Positions 1 to 14,295 of a DNA stretch of 64,000 bases are shown here, in pieces (the stretch's first letter is position 1; the number at the start of each line of letters is the position of its first letter). Location: the NCBI GenBank assembly GCA_964016885.1, contig OZ024742.1, positions 361,522,001 to 361,586,000 on the forward strand. The letters run 5' to 3'. The stretch comes from Eledone cirrhosa (Eukaryota). Under the pieces are notes generated by a model. The model ran no database searches. It was not told the DNA's origin and saw only the letters and a list, made by a program, of their open reading frames with translations. Both the position numbers and the translations under genes were made by a program.

Positions 1-3000
1 TACACACTGTAAAGTGGTCATGTAAGTGTTACAACAAAAGGCACCCAATACACACTGTAAAGTGGTCACGTAGGTGTTACAACAAAAGGCACCCAATACA
101 CACTGTAATGTGTTCATGTAGGTGTTACAACAAAAGGCATCCAATACACACTGTAAAGTGGTCATGTAAGTGTTATAACAAAAGGCACCCAATACACACT
201 GTAAAGTGGTCATGTGGGTGTTACAACAAAAGGCACCCAATACGCACTGAAGTGGTCATGTAACTGTTACAACAAAAGGCACCCAATACACACTGTAAAG
301 TGGTCATGTAGGTGTTACAACAAAAGGCACCCAATACAAACTGTAAAGTGGTCATGTAAGTGTTACAACAAAAGGCATCCAATACACACTGTAAAGTGGT
401 CATGTAAGTGTTACAACAAAAGGCACCCAATACACACTGTAATGTGGTCATGTAGGTGCTACAACAAAAGGCACCCAATACACACAGTAAAGTGGTCATG
501 TAACTGTTACTACAAAAGGCACCCAATACACACTGTAAAGTGTTCATGTAGGTGTTACAACAAAAGGCACCCAATACAAACTGTAAAGTGGTCATGTAAG
601 TGTTACAACAAAAGGCACCCAATACACACTGTAAAGTGGTCATGTAGGTGTTACAACAAAAGGCACCCAATACACACTGTAAAGTGGTCATGTAAGTGTT
701 ACAACAAAAGGCATCCAATACACACTGTAAAGTGGTCATGTAAGTGTTACAACAAAAGGCACCCAATACACACTGTAAAGTGCTCATGTAACTGTTACAA
801 CAAAAGGCACCCAATACAAACTGTAAAGTGGTCATGTAAGTGTTACAACAAAAGGCACCCAATACATACTGTAAAGTGGTCATGTTGGTGTTACAACAAA
901 AGGCACCCAATACACACTGTAAAGTGGTCATGTAAGTGTTACAACAAAAGGCACCCAATACACACTGTAAAGTGGTCATGTAAGTGTTACAACAAAAAGC
1001 ACCCAATACACACTGTAAAGTGCTCATGTAACTGTTACAACAAGAGGCACCCAATACAAACTGTAAAGTGGTCATGTAACTGTTACAACAAAAGCCACCC
1101 AATACACAGTGTAAAATGGTCATGTAACTGTTACAACAAAAGGCACCCAATACAAACTGTAAAGTGGTCATATAACTGTTACAACAAAAGGCACCCAATA
1201 CACACTGTAAAGTGGTCATGTAGGAGTTACAACAAAAGGCACCCAATACAAACTGTAAAGTGGTCACGTAGGTGTTACAACAAAAAGCACCCAATACAAA
1301 CTGTAAAGTGGTCATGTAGGTGTTACAACAAAAAGCACCTAATACTCACTGTAAAGTGGTCATGTAGGTGCTACAACAAAAGGCACCCAATTCACACTGT
1401 AAAGTTTTCATGTTAATGTCACAACAAAAGGCACCCAGTAAACACTGTAAGTAGAGTATGTAGGTATCAAATGCAAAAAGCACCCAATACACACTGTAAA
1501 GTGGTCGTGTAGGTATCACAACAAAAGGCACCCAGTACACACTGTAAAGTGGTTGTTTAGGTATCACAGCAAAATCACCCAGTACACACTGTAAAGTGAT
1601 TATGTAGGTATCACAACAAAAAGCATCCAGTACACACTCTAAAGTGGTCATGGAAGTGACACAACAAAAGGCACCCAATACACACTGTAAAGTGGTCGTG
1701 TAAGTGTCACAACAAAAGGCACCCAATACACACTGTAAAGTGGTCATGTAGGTGCTACAACAAAGGGCACCCAATACACACTGTAAAGTGGTCATGTAGG
1801 TGTTACAACAAAAGGCACCCAATACAAACTGTAAAGTGGTAATGTAGGCGTTACAACGAAAGACACCCAATACACACTGTAAAGTGGTCATGTATGTGTC
1901 AGAACAAAAGGCACCCAGTACACACTGCAAAGAGATTATTTAGGTATCACAGCAACAAGGGCCCAATACACACTGTAAAGTGATCATGTAAGTGTTATAA
2001 CAAAAGGCACCCAATACACACTGAAGTGGTCATGTAAGTGTTACAACAAAAGGCACCCAATACACACTGAAGTGATCATGTAAGTGTTACAACAGAAGGC
2101 ACCCAATACACACTGTAAAGTGGTCATGTAGGTGTCACAACAAAAGGCACCCAATACACACTGAAGTGGTCATGTAAGTGTTACAACAAAAGGCACCCAA
2201 TACACACTGTAAAGTGGTCATGTAAGTGTTACAACAAAATGCACCCAATACACACTGAAGTGGTCATGTAAGTGTTACAACAAAAGGCACCCAATACTCA
2301 CTGTAAAGTGGTCATGTAGGTGCTACAACAAAAGGCACCCAGTACACACTGTAAAGTGGTCATGTAACTGTTACAACAAAAGGCACCCAATACAAACTGT
2401 AAAGTGGTCATGTAGGTGTTACAACAAAAGGCACCCAATACTCACTGTTAAGTGGTCATGTAGGTGCTACAACAATAGGCACCCAATACACACTGTAAAG
2501 TGGTCATGTAAGTGTTACAACAAAAGGCACCCAATACACACTGTAAAGTGGTCACGTAGGTGTTACAACAAAAGGCACCCAATACACACTGTAATGTGGT
2601 CATGTAGGTGTTACAACAAAAGGCATCCAATACACACTGTAAAGTGGTCATGTAAGTGTTATAACAAAAGGCACCCAATACACACTGTAAAGTGGTCATG
2701 TGGGTGTTACAACAAAAGGCACCCAATACGCACTGAAGTGGTCATGTAACTGTTACAACAAAAGGCACCCAATACACACTGTAAAGTGGTCATGTAGGTG
2801 TTACAACAAAAGGCACCCAATACAAACTGTAAAGTGGTCATGTAAGTGTTACAACAAAAGGCACCCAATACACACTGTAAAGTGGTCATGTAAGTGTTAC
2901 AACAAAAGGCACCCAATACACACTGTAATGTGGTCATGTAGGTGCTACAACAAAAGGCACCCAATACACACAGTAAAGTGGTCATGTAACTGTTACTACA

Positions 3001-6000
3001 AAAGGCACCCAATACACACTGTAAAGTGTTCATGTAGGTGTTACAACAAAAGGCACCCAATACAAACTGTAAAGTGGTCATGTAAGTGTTACAACAAAAG
3101 GCACCCAATACACACTGTAAAGTGGTCATGTAAGTGTTACAACAAAAGGCACCCAATACACACTGTAAAGTGGTCATGTAGGTGTTACAACAAAAGGCAC
3201 CCAATACACACTGTAAAGTGGTCATGTAAGTGTTACAACAAAAGGCATCCAATACACACTGTAAAGTGGTCATGTAAGTGTTACAACAAAAGGCACCCAA
3301 TACACACTGTAAAGTGCTCATGTAACTGTTACAACAAAAGGCACCCAATACAAACTGTAAAGTGGTCATGTAAGTGTTACAACAAAAGGCACCCAATACA
3401 TACTGTAAAGTGGTCATGTTGGTGTTACAACAAAAGGCACCCAATTCACACTGTAAAGTGGTCATGTAAGTGTTACAACAAAACGCACCCAATACACACT
3501 GTAAAGTGGTCATGTAAGTGTTACAACAAAAAGCACCCAATACACACTGTAAAGTGCTCATGTAACTGTTACAACAAGAGGCACCCAATACAAACTGTAA
3601 AGTGGTCATGTAACTGTTACAACAAAAGCCACCCAATACACAGTGTAAAATGGTCATGTAACTGTTACAACAAAAGGCACCCAATACAAACTGTAAAGTG
3701 GTCATATAACTGTTACGACAAAAGGCACCCAATACACACTGTAAAGTGGTCATGTAGGTGTTACAACAAAAGGCACCCAATACAAACTGTAAAGTGGTCA
3801 CGTAGGTGTTACAACAAAAAGCACCCAATACAAACTGTAAAGTGGTCATGTAGGTGTTACAACAAAAAGCACCTAATACTCACTGTAAAGTGGTCATGTA
3901 GGTGCTACAACAAAAGGCACCCAATTCACACTGTAAAGTTTTCATGTTAATGTCACAACAAAAGGCACCCAGTAAACACTGTAAGTAGAGTATGTAGGTA
4001 TCAAATGCAAAAAGCACCCAATACACACTGTAAAGTGGTCGTGTAGGTATCACAACAAAAGGCACCCAGTACACACTGTAAAGTGGTTGTTTAGGTATCA
4101 CAGCAAAATCACCCAGTACACACTGTAAAGTGATTATGTAGGTATCACAACAAAAAGCATCCAGTACACACTCTAAAGTGGTCATGGAAGTGACACAACA
4201 AAAGGCACCCAATACACACTGTAAAGTGGTCGTGTAAGTGTCACAACAAAAGGCACCCAATACACACTGTAAAGTGGTCATGTAGGTGCTACAACAAAGG
4301 GCACCCAATACACACTGTAAAGTGGTCATGTAGGTGTTACAACAAAAGGCACCCAATACAAACTCTAAAGTGGTAATGTAGGCGTTACAACGAAAGACAC
4401 CCAATACACACTGTAAAGTGGTCATGTATGTGTCAGAACAAAAGGCACCCAGTACACACTGCAAAGAGATTATTTAGGTATCACAGCAACAAGGGCCCAA
4501 TACACACTGTAAAGTGATCATGTAAGTGTTATAACAAAAGGCACCCAATACACACTGAAGTGGTCATGTAAGTGTTACAACAAAAGGCACCCAATACACA
4601 CTGAAGTGATCATGTAAGTGTTACAACAGAAGGCACCCAATACACACTGTAAAGTGGTCATGTAGGTGTCACAACAAAAGGCACCCAATACACACTGAAG
4701 TGGTCATGTAAGTGTTACAACAAAAGGCACCCAATACACACTGTAAAGTGGTCATGTAGGTGTTACAACAAAAGGCACCCAATACAAACTGTAAAGTGGT
4801 CATGTAAGTGTTACAACAAAAGGCACCCAATACACACTGTAAAGTGGTCATGTAGGTGTTACAACAAAAGGCACCCAATACACACTGTAAAGTGGTCATG
4901 TAAGTGTTACAACAAAAGGCACCCAATACACACTGAAGTGGTCATGTAAGTGTTACAACAAAAGGCACCCAATACACACTGTAAAGTGGTCATGTAGGTG
5001 TTTCAACAAAAGGCACCCAATACACACTGAAGTGGTCATGTAAGTGTTTCAACAAAAAGCACCCAATACACACTGTAAAGTGGTCATGTAGGTGTTACAA
5101 CAAAAGGCACCCAATACACACTGTAAAGTGGTCATGTAGGTGTTACAACAAAAGGCACCCAATACACACTGTACAGTGGTCATGTAATTGCTACAACAAA
5201 AGGCACCCAATACACACTGAAAAGTGGTCATGTAACTGTTACAACAAAAGGCACCCAATACACACTGTAAAGTGATCACGTAAGTGTTACAACAAAAGGC
5301 ACCCAATACACACTGTAAAGTGGTCATATAATTGTTACAACAAAAGGCACCCAATACAAACTGTAAAGTGGTCATGTAGGTGTTACAACAAAAGGCACCC
5401 AATACTCACTGTAAAGTGGTCATGTAGGAGCTACAACAAAAGGCACCCAATGCACACTGTAAAGTGGTCTTGTAACTGTTACAACAAAAGGCACCCAATA
5501 CACACTGTAAACGTTCATGTAACTGTTACAACAAAAGGCACCCAATACACACTGTAAAGTGGTCATGTAGGTGTTACAACAAAAGGCACCCAATAGTCAC
5601 TGTAAAGTGGTCATGTAGGTGCTACAACAAAAGGCACCCAGTACACACTGTAAAGTGGTCATGTAAGTGTTACAACAAAAGGCATCCAATACACACTGTA
5701 ACGTGGTCATGTAGGTGTTACAACAAAAGGCACCCAATACACACTGTAAAGTGGTCATGTAACTGTTACAACAAAAGGCACCCAATACAAACTGCAAAGT
5801 GGTCATGTAGGTGTTACAACAAAAGGCACCCAATACTCACTGTAAAGTGGTCATGTAGGTGCTACAACAATAGGCACCCAATACACACTGTAAAGTGGTC
5901 ATGTAAGTGTTACAACAAAAGGCACCCAATACGCACTGAAGTGGTCATGTAACTGTTACAACAAAAGGCACCCAATACACACTGTAAAGTGGTCATGTAG

Positions 6001-9000
6001 GTGTTACACCAAAAGGCACCAAATAGAAACTGTAAAGTGGTCATGTAAGTGTTACAACAAAAGGCACCCAATACACACTGTAAAGTGGTCATGTAAGTGT
6101 TACAACAAAAGGCACCCAATACACACTGCAATGTGGTCATGTAGGTGCTACAACAAAAGGCACCCAATACACACAGTAAAGTGGTCATGTAACTGTTACA
6201 ACAAAAGGCACCCAATACACACTGTAAAGTGTTCATGTAGGTGTTACAACAAAAGGCACCCAATACAAACTGTAAAGTGGTCATGTAAGTGTTACAACAA
6301 AAGGCACCCAATACACACTGTAAAGTGGTCATGTAAGTGTTACAACAAAAGGCACCCGATACACACTGTAAAGTGGTCATGTAGGTGTTCCAACAAAAGG
6401 CACCCAATACACACTGTAAAGTGGTCATGTAAGTGTTACAACAAAAGTCACCCAATACACACTGTAAAGTGGTCATGTAGGTGTTACAACGAAATGCACC
6501 CAATACACACTGTAAAGTGGTCTTGTAACTGTTACAACAAAAGGCACCCAATACACACTGTAAAGTGGTCATGTAGGTGTTACAACAAAAGGCACCCAAT
6601 ACACACTGTACAGTGGTCATGTAAGTGCTACAACAAAAGGCACCCAATACACACTGAAAAGTGGTCATGTAACTGTTACAACAAAAGGCACCCAATACAC
6701 ACTGTAAAGTGATCACGTAAGTGTTACAACAAAAGGCACCCAATACAAACTGTAAAGTGGTCATATAATTGTTACAACAAAAGTCACCCAATACAAACTG
6801 TAAAGTGGTCATGTAGGTGTTACAACAAAAGGCACCCAATACTCACTGTAAAGTGGTCATGTAGGTGCTACAACAAAAGGCACCCAATACACACTGTAAA
6901 GTTGTCTTGTAACTGTTACAACAAAAGGCACCCAATACACACTGTAAACGTTCATGTAACTGTTACAACAAAAGGCACCCAATACACACTGTAAAGTGGT
7001 CATGTACGTGTTACAGCAAAAGGCACCCAATACTCACTGTAAAGTGGTCATGTAGGTGCTACAACAAAAGGCACCCAGTACACACTGTAAAGTGGTCATG
7101 TAAGTGTTACAACAAAAGGCACCCAATACACACTGTAAAGTGCTCATGTAACTGTTACAACAAAAGGCACCCAATACAAACTGTAAAGTGGTCATGTAGG
7201 TGTTACAACAAAAGGCACCCAATACTCACTGTTAAGTGGTCATGTAGGTGCTACAACAATAGGCACCCAATACACACTGTAAAGTGGTCATGTAAGTGTT
7301 ACAACAAAAGGCACCCAATACACACTGTAAAGTGGTCACGTAGGTGTTACAACAAAAGGCACCCAATACACACTGTAATGTGTTCATGTAGGTGTTACAA
7401 CAAAAGGCATCCAATACACACTGTAAAGTGGTCATGTAAGTGTTATAACAAAAGGCACCCAATACACACTGTAAAGTGGTCATGTGGGTGTTACAACAAA
7501 AGGCACCCAATACGCACTGAAGTGGTCATGTAACTGTTACAACAAAAGGCACCCAATACACACTGTAAAGTGGTCATGTAGGTGTTACAACAAAAGGCAC
7601 CCAATACAAACTGTAAAGTGGTCATGTAAGTGTTACAACAAAAGGCATCCAATACACACTGTAAAGTGGTCATGTAAGTGTTACAACAAAAGGCACCCAA
7701 TACACACTGTAATGTGGTCATGTAGGTGCTACAACAAAAGGCACCCAATACACACAGTAAAGTGGTCATGTAACTGTTACTACAAAAGGCACCCAATACA
7801 CACTGTAAAGTGTTCATGTAGGTGTTACAACAAAAGGCACCCAATACAAACTGTAAAGTGGTCATGTAAGTGTTACAACAAAAGGCACCCAATACACACT
7901 GTAAAGTGGTCATGTAGGTGTTACAACAAAAGGCACCCAATACACACTGTAAAGTGGTCATGTAAGTGTTACAACAAAAGGCATCCAATACACACTGTAA
8001 AGTGGTCATGTAAGTGTTACAACAAAAGGCACCCAATACACACTGTAAAGTGCTCATGTAACTGTTACAACAAAAGGCACCCAATACAAACTGTAAAGTG
8101 GTCATGTAAGTGTTACAACAAAAGGCACCCAATACATACTGTAAAGTGGTCATGTTGGTGTTACAACAAAAGGCACCCAATACACACTGTAAAGTGGTCA
8201 TGTAAGTGTTACAACAAAAGGCACCCAATACACACTGTAAAGTGGTCATGTAAGTGTTACAACAAAAAGCACCCAATACACACTGTAAAGTGCTCATGTA
8301 ACTGTTACAACAAGAGGCACCCAATACAAACTGTAAAGTGGTCATGTAACTGTTACAACAAAAGCCACCCAATACACAGTGTAAAATGGTCATGTAACTG
8401 TTACAACAAAAGGCACCCAATACAAACTGTAAAGTGGTCATATAACTGTTACAACAAAAGGCACCCAATACACACTGTAAAGTGGTCATGTAGGTGTTAC
8501 AACAAAAGGCACCCAATACAAACTGTAAAGTGGTCACGTAGGTGTTACAACAAAAAGCACCCAATACAAACTGTAAAGTGGTCATGTAGGTGTTACAACA
8601 AAAAGCACCTAATACTCACTGTAAAGTGGTCATGTAGGTGCTACAACAAAAGGCACCCAATTCACACTGTAAAGTTTTCATGTTAATGTCACAACAAAAG
8701 GCACCCAGTAAACACTGTAAGTAGAGTATGTAGGTATCAAATGCAAAAAGCACCCAATACACACTGTAAAGTGGTCGTGTAGGTATCACAACAAAAGGCA
8801 CCCAGTACACACTGTAAAGTGGTTGTTTAGGTATCACAGCAAAATCACCCAGTACACACTGTAAAGTGATTATGTAGGTATCACAACAAAAAGCATCCAG
8901 TACACACTCTAAAGTGGTCATGGAAGTGACACAACAAAAGGCACCCAATACACACTGTAAAGTGGTCGTGTAAGTGTCACAACAAAAGGCACCCAATACA

Positions 9001-12000
9001 CACTGTAAAGTGGTCATGTAGGTGCTACAACAAAGGGCACCCAATACACACTGTAAAGTGGTCATGTAGGTGTTACAACAAAAGGCACCCAATACAAACT
9101 GTAAAGTGGTAATGTAGGCGTTACAACGAAAGACACCCAATACACACTGTAAAGTGGTCATGTATGTGTCAGAACAAAAGGCACCCAGTACACACTGCAA
9201 AGAGATTATTTAGGTATCACAGCAACAAGGGCCCAATACACACTGTAAAGTGATCATGTAAGTGTTATAACAAAAGGCACCCAATACACACTGAAGTGGT
9301 CATGTAAGTGTTACAACAAAAGGCACCCAATACACACTGAAGTGATCATGTAAGTGTTACAACAGAAGGCACCCAATACACACTGTAAAGTGGTCATGTA
9401 GGTGTCACAACAAAAGGCACCCAATACACACTGAAGTGGTCATGTAAGTGTTACAACAAAAGGCACCCAATACACACTGTAAAGTGGTCATGTAAGTGTT
9501 ACAACAAAAGGCACCCAATACACACTGAAGTGGTCATGTAAGTGTTACAACAAAAGGCACCCAATACTCACTGTAAAGTGGTCATGTAGGTGCTACAACA
9601 AAAGGCACCCAGTACACACTGTAAAGTGGTCATGTAACTGTTACAACAAAAGGCACCCAATACAAACTGTAAAGTGGTCATGTAGGTGTTACAACAAAAG
9701 GCACCCAATACTCACTGTTAAGTGGTCATGTAGGTGCTACAACAATAGGCACCCAATACACACTGTAAAGTGGTCATGTAAGTGTTACAACAAAAGGCAC
9801 CCAATACACACTGTAAAGTGGTCACGTAGGTGTTACAACAAAAGGCACCCAATACACACTGTAATGTGGTCATGTAGGTGTTACAACAAAAGGCATCCAA
9901 TACACACTGTAAAGTGGTCATGTAAGTGTTATAACAAAAGGCACCCAATACACACTGTAAAGTGGTCATGTGGGTGTTACAACAAAAGGCACCCAATACG
10001 CACTGAAGTGGTCATGTAACTGTTACAACAAAAGGCACCCAATACACACTGTAAAGTGGTCATGTAGGTGTTACAACAAAAGGCACCCAATACAAACTGT
10101 AAAGTGGTCATGTAAGTGTTACAACAAAAGGCACCCAATACACACTGTAAAGTGGTCATGTAAGTGTTACAACAAAAGGCACCCAATACACACTGTAATG
10201 TGGTCATGTAGGTGCTACAACAAAAGGCACCCAATACACACAGTAAAGTGGTCATGTAACTGTTACTACAAAAGGCACCCAATACACACTGTAAAGTGTT
10301 CATGTAGGTGTTACAACAAAAGGCACCCAATACAAACTGTAAAGTGGTCATGTAAGTGTTACAACAAAAGGCACCCAATACACACTGTAAAGTGGTCATG
10401 TAAGTGTTACAACAAAAGGCACCCAATACACACTGTAAAGTGGTCATGTAGGTGTTACAACAAAAGGCACCCAATACACACTGTAAAGTGGTCATGTAAG
10501 TGTTACAACAAAAGGCATCCAATACACACTGTAAAGTGGTCATGTAAGTGTTACAACAAAAGGCACCCAATACACACTGTAAAGTGCTCATGTAACTGTT
10601 ACAACAAAAGGCACCCAATACAAACTGTAAAGTGGTCATGTAAGTGTTACAACAAAAGGCACCCAATACATACTGTAAAGTGGTCATGTTGGTGTTACAA
10701 CAAAAGGCACCCAATTCACACTGTAAAGTGGTCATGTAAGTGTTACAACAAAACGCACCCAATACACACTGTAAAGTGGTCATGTAAGTGTTACAACAAA
10801 AAGCACCCAATACACACTGTAAAGTGCTCATGTAACTGTTACAACAAGAGGCACCCAATACAAACTGTAAAGTGGTCATGTAACTGTTACAACAAAAGCC
10901 ACCCAATACACAGTGTAAAATGGTCATGTAACTGTTACAACAAAAGGCACCCAATACAAACTGTAAAGTGGTCATATAACTGTTACAACAAAAGGCACCC
11001 AATACACACTGTAAAGTGGTCATGTAGGTGTTACAACAAAAGGCACCCAATACAAACTGTAAAGTGGTCACGTAGGTGTTACAACAAAAAGCACCCAATA
11101 CAAACTGTAAAGTGGTCATGTAGGTGTTACAACAAAAAGCACCTAATACTCACTGTAAAGTGGTCATGTAGGTGCTACAACAAAAGGCACCCAATTCACA
11201 CTGTAAAGTTTTCATGTTAATGTCACAACAAAAGGCACCCAGTAAACACTGTAAGTAGAGTATGTAGGTATCAAATGCAAAAAGCACCCAATACACACTG
11301 TAAAGTGGTCGTGTAGGTATCACAACAAAAGGCACCCAGTACACACTGTAAAGTGGTTGTTTAGGTATCACAGCAAAATCACCCAGTACACACTGTAAAG
11401 TGATTATGTAGGTATCACAACAAAAAGCATCCAGTACACACTCTAAAGTGGTCATGGAAGTGACACAACAAAAGGCACCCAATACACACTGTAAAGTGGT
11501 CGTGTAAGTGTCACAACAAAAGGCACCCAATACACACTGTAAAGTGGTCATGTAGGTGCTACAACAAAGGGCACCCAATACACACTGTAAAGTGGTCATG
11601 TAGGTGTTACAACAAAAGGCACCCAATACAAACTCTAAAGTGGTAATGTAGGCGTTACAACGAAAGACACCCAATACACACTGTAAAGTGGTCATGTATG
11701 TGTCAGAACAAAAGGCACCCAGTACACACTGCAAAGAGATTATTTAGGTATCACAGCAACAAGGGCCCAATACACACTGTAAAGTGATCATGTAAGTGTT
11801 ATAACAAAAGGCACCCAATACACACTGAAGTGGTCATGTAAGTGTTACAACAAAAGGCACCCAATACACACTGAAGTGATCATGTAAGTGTTACAACAGA
11901 AGGCACCCAATACACACTGTAAAGTGGTCATGTAGGTGTCACAACAAAAGGCACCCAATACACACTGAAGTGGTCATGTAAGTGTTACAACAAAAGGCAC

Positions 12001-12390
12001 CCAATACACACTGTAAAGTGGTCATGTAGGTGTTACAACAAAAGGCACCCAATACAAACTGTAAAGTGGTCATGTAAGTGTTACAACAAAAGGCACCCAA
12101 TACACACTGTAAAGTGGTCATGTAGGTGTTACAACAAAAGGCACCCAATACACACTGTAAAGTGGTCATGTAAGTGTTACAACAAAAGGCACCCAATACA
12201 CACTGAAGTGGTCATGTAAGTGTTACAACAAAAGGCACCCAATACACACTGTAAAGTGGTCATGTAGGTGTTTCAACAAAAGGCACCCAATACACACTGA
12301 AGTGGTCATGTAAGTGTTTCAACAAAAAGCACCCAATACACACTATAAAGTGGTCGTGTAGGTGTCATGAAAAAAAAAATATCCACACTG
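1..12390. repeat. 48-bp tandem satellite, consensus CACTGTAAAGTGGTCATGTA(A/G)GTGTTACAACAAAAGGCACCCAATACA, with higher-order structure; extends beyond the left window edge
   Basis: Monomer read directly. 46-bp variants (CACTGAAGTGG) are interspersed. A diagnostic diverged block (GTTTTCATGTTAATGTCAC...GTAAGTAGAGTATG) starts at 1404, 3938, 8674 and 11208. Confidence 0.98.
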
Positions 12391-12540
12391 TAAATGTGTT
12401 TGGCATTAGGAAGATCCATAGCAACCAAGCCACAAATAGTTTTACATGAGCAAGACATGGTCACCCTACTCAACCTGCCTCTAATGGGACAACCTGTCTG
12501 ACCCATGTTAGCATGGAAGATAGACATTTGAAGATGATGA
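12385..12540 (+). mobile_element. 3' body and tail of a SINE, contiguous with the satellite end
   Basis: CACTGTAAATGTGTTTGGCATTAGGAAG matches SINE 15803-16120 (CACTGTAAATGAGGTTGGTGTTAGGAAGGG). It ends ACCTGTCTGACCCATGTTAGCATGGAAG...GATGATGA, like the copy at 27720-27945. Confidence 0.8.
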
Positions 12541-12810
12541 TTTCTATCAACTCAGCCCAGTGATAGTTTATTGAATTTAATTGAGTAATGTTGAAGGTAC
12601 ATGGCCTAGTGGTTAGGCATTGGTTGTAAGATAATTAGTTTGATTCATTATGACATTGTGTCATTGAGTAAATTAATGATTTTAGTAAATCCCTTGAATT
12701 TGTTCATTAATTAATTGAAATGCAATGTCCTTTAGTACAATACACTCACATTAAGCAATTACAATTGGTTGGTTTATTATATCAGGTATGATAATTTTAT
12801 TCTGGATTTC

Positions 12811-13018
12811 TGAGTTTTATATCGAATGATAATATTTGATTCATTTGCAAGCAAACAGCCTCTTTTGTTATGATTTTTAGATGACCATCACCATCCTTTA
12901 GTTCTATGTGTAACCACCACAATGAAAGGATGCCGATGATCATCTAAACAACATAGAGTACTGAGGCTGTTTGCTGGCAAATGAATTGAATATTATTATT
13001 ATTCGATATCAAACTGAC
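12811..13018. repeat. ~200-bp imperfect foldback (MITE-like or inverted retroelement remnant)
   Basis: ATCGAATGATAATATTTGATTCATTTGCAAGCAAACAGCCTC is mirrored by GAGGCTGTTTGCTGGCAAATGAATTGAATATTATTATTATTCGAT. Inner arms TTTAGATGACCATC / GATGATCATCTAAA also pair. Confidence 0.75.
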
Positions 13019-14240
13019 AAATGCATTTATGTATCCACTTTGGTAGAGTGAAAACCTAAATTCTGATTTTTATTTTGCTATTCAGATTATATATAGCCAC
13101 TAAATCTGGATATTTTATTCTTCAATCATTCACTATAATACAAATATGTGAACTGAAGCAATTTATAATTGTCTTGTTCAGAAACAATAAATATTTCAAA
13201 AATTGAACTTACATTCTCTAAGATGGCGTTAGTTTAACCTTTTAACTTGTAATATTCTAATATAAACAGTTACATTCTTCCGATATAATATTCAGGCATA
13301 AAATATAAACATAAAGTTTAGTTGGTGAATGAGAAATTTTAGAAATATGGTATTGCAGAATCATTCACAATTTGACATGATGAAATGACTTGTGCTATTT
13401 AGAATTTTAATTTTCTTTTAGTTTTTATTATTTCATTGATATAAAAATGGAAAATCGGAGATATATAAATGTCAAGGAGTTGATTGGTTTCGAAATTTTC
13501 TTACCTTATTTTACATTATGCTGTCTGATTACATGTTACTGAAGTTGTAATACATATGTTACATAGTATGAGAAAATAAATTAAGTGGCAAAAATAGACA
13601 GGTTCTTCACTAATGGTATTGCAAGTGAAAATATAAAACAAAAAGTTTAGATATATTTTTCCTTTGAAAAGAAGGTAATAAATGTCAGCTATTCAAATCA
13701 GATAAACTTTTTGACAAGCAGTATGCAGTATTAATAACTGTAAAGTAGAGTGACATGTTGATAGAGATAATAGAGTATAAATCTAAATGCATTACAATAC
13801 TTTGTGCCATAATTCTACATTTTCAGTTCGCATTTTGTTGTACTTGGAACTGATAAAATATTATAATCACAGCATGTTAGATAACTTTCAATTGATTACA
13901 TCATTTTCAATAGCAATGTTGGATTTGTCCCTCATCATGAGAAACTAATATTTGTATGATATAGAATGTCTGTTAGTATGGTGATATGTATAACTAATGC
14001 AGACTTGTCTTTAAATTGTTTGCTATCAGTTAAACGAAAGCCTACCAGGAAACATGTAGCTGTTTGTTGGTTATATGACATTTTCTTGGTAGCATGACAT
14101 CTCAGGTTCTAGTCTCACAGAAGAAATTCATCAGCCACCTTGTAGTACGTATATATATAAATTAAGTGCTACAAATATAAACCACCAGTGTTCTATTATT
14201 GCAAGCAGGGAAAAGCAGACGTAAAATTATGATGATGATG

Positions 14241-14294
<54 letters not shown>

Positions 14295-14295
<1 letters not shown>

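Noticed and set aside
214-12196. Long Cys/His/Lys-rich ORFs (KWSCKCYNKRHPIHTV repeats) and their antisense ORFs
   Set aside because: The 48-bp monomer equals 16 codons and lacks stops in some frames. The ORFs open and close at 46-bp variants and occur on both strands, so they are satellite artefacts.
1-12390. CRISPR-like array
   Set aside because: No unique spacers, only point variants of one monomer. The context is eukaryotic with no cas genes.
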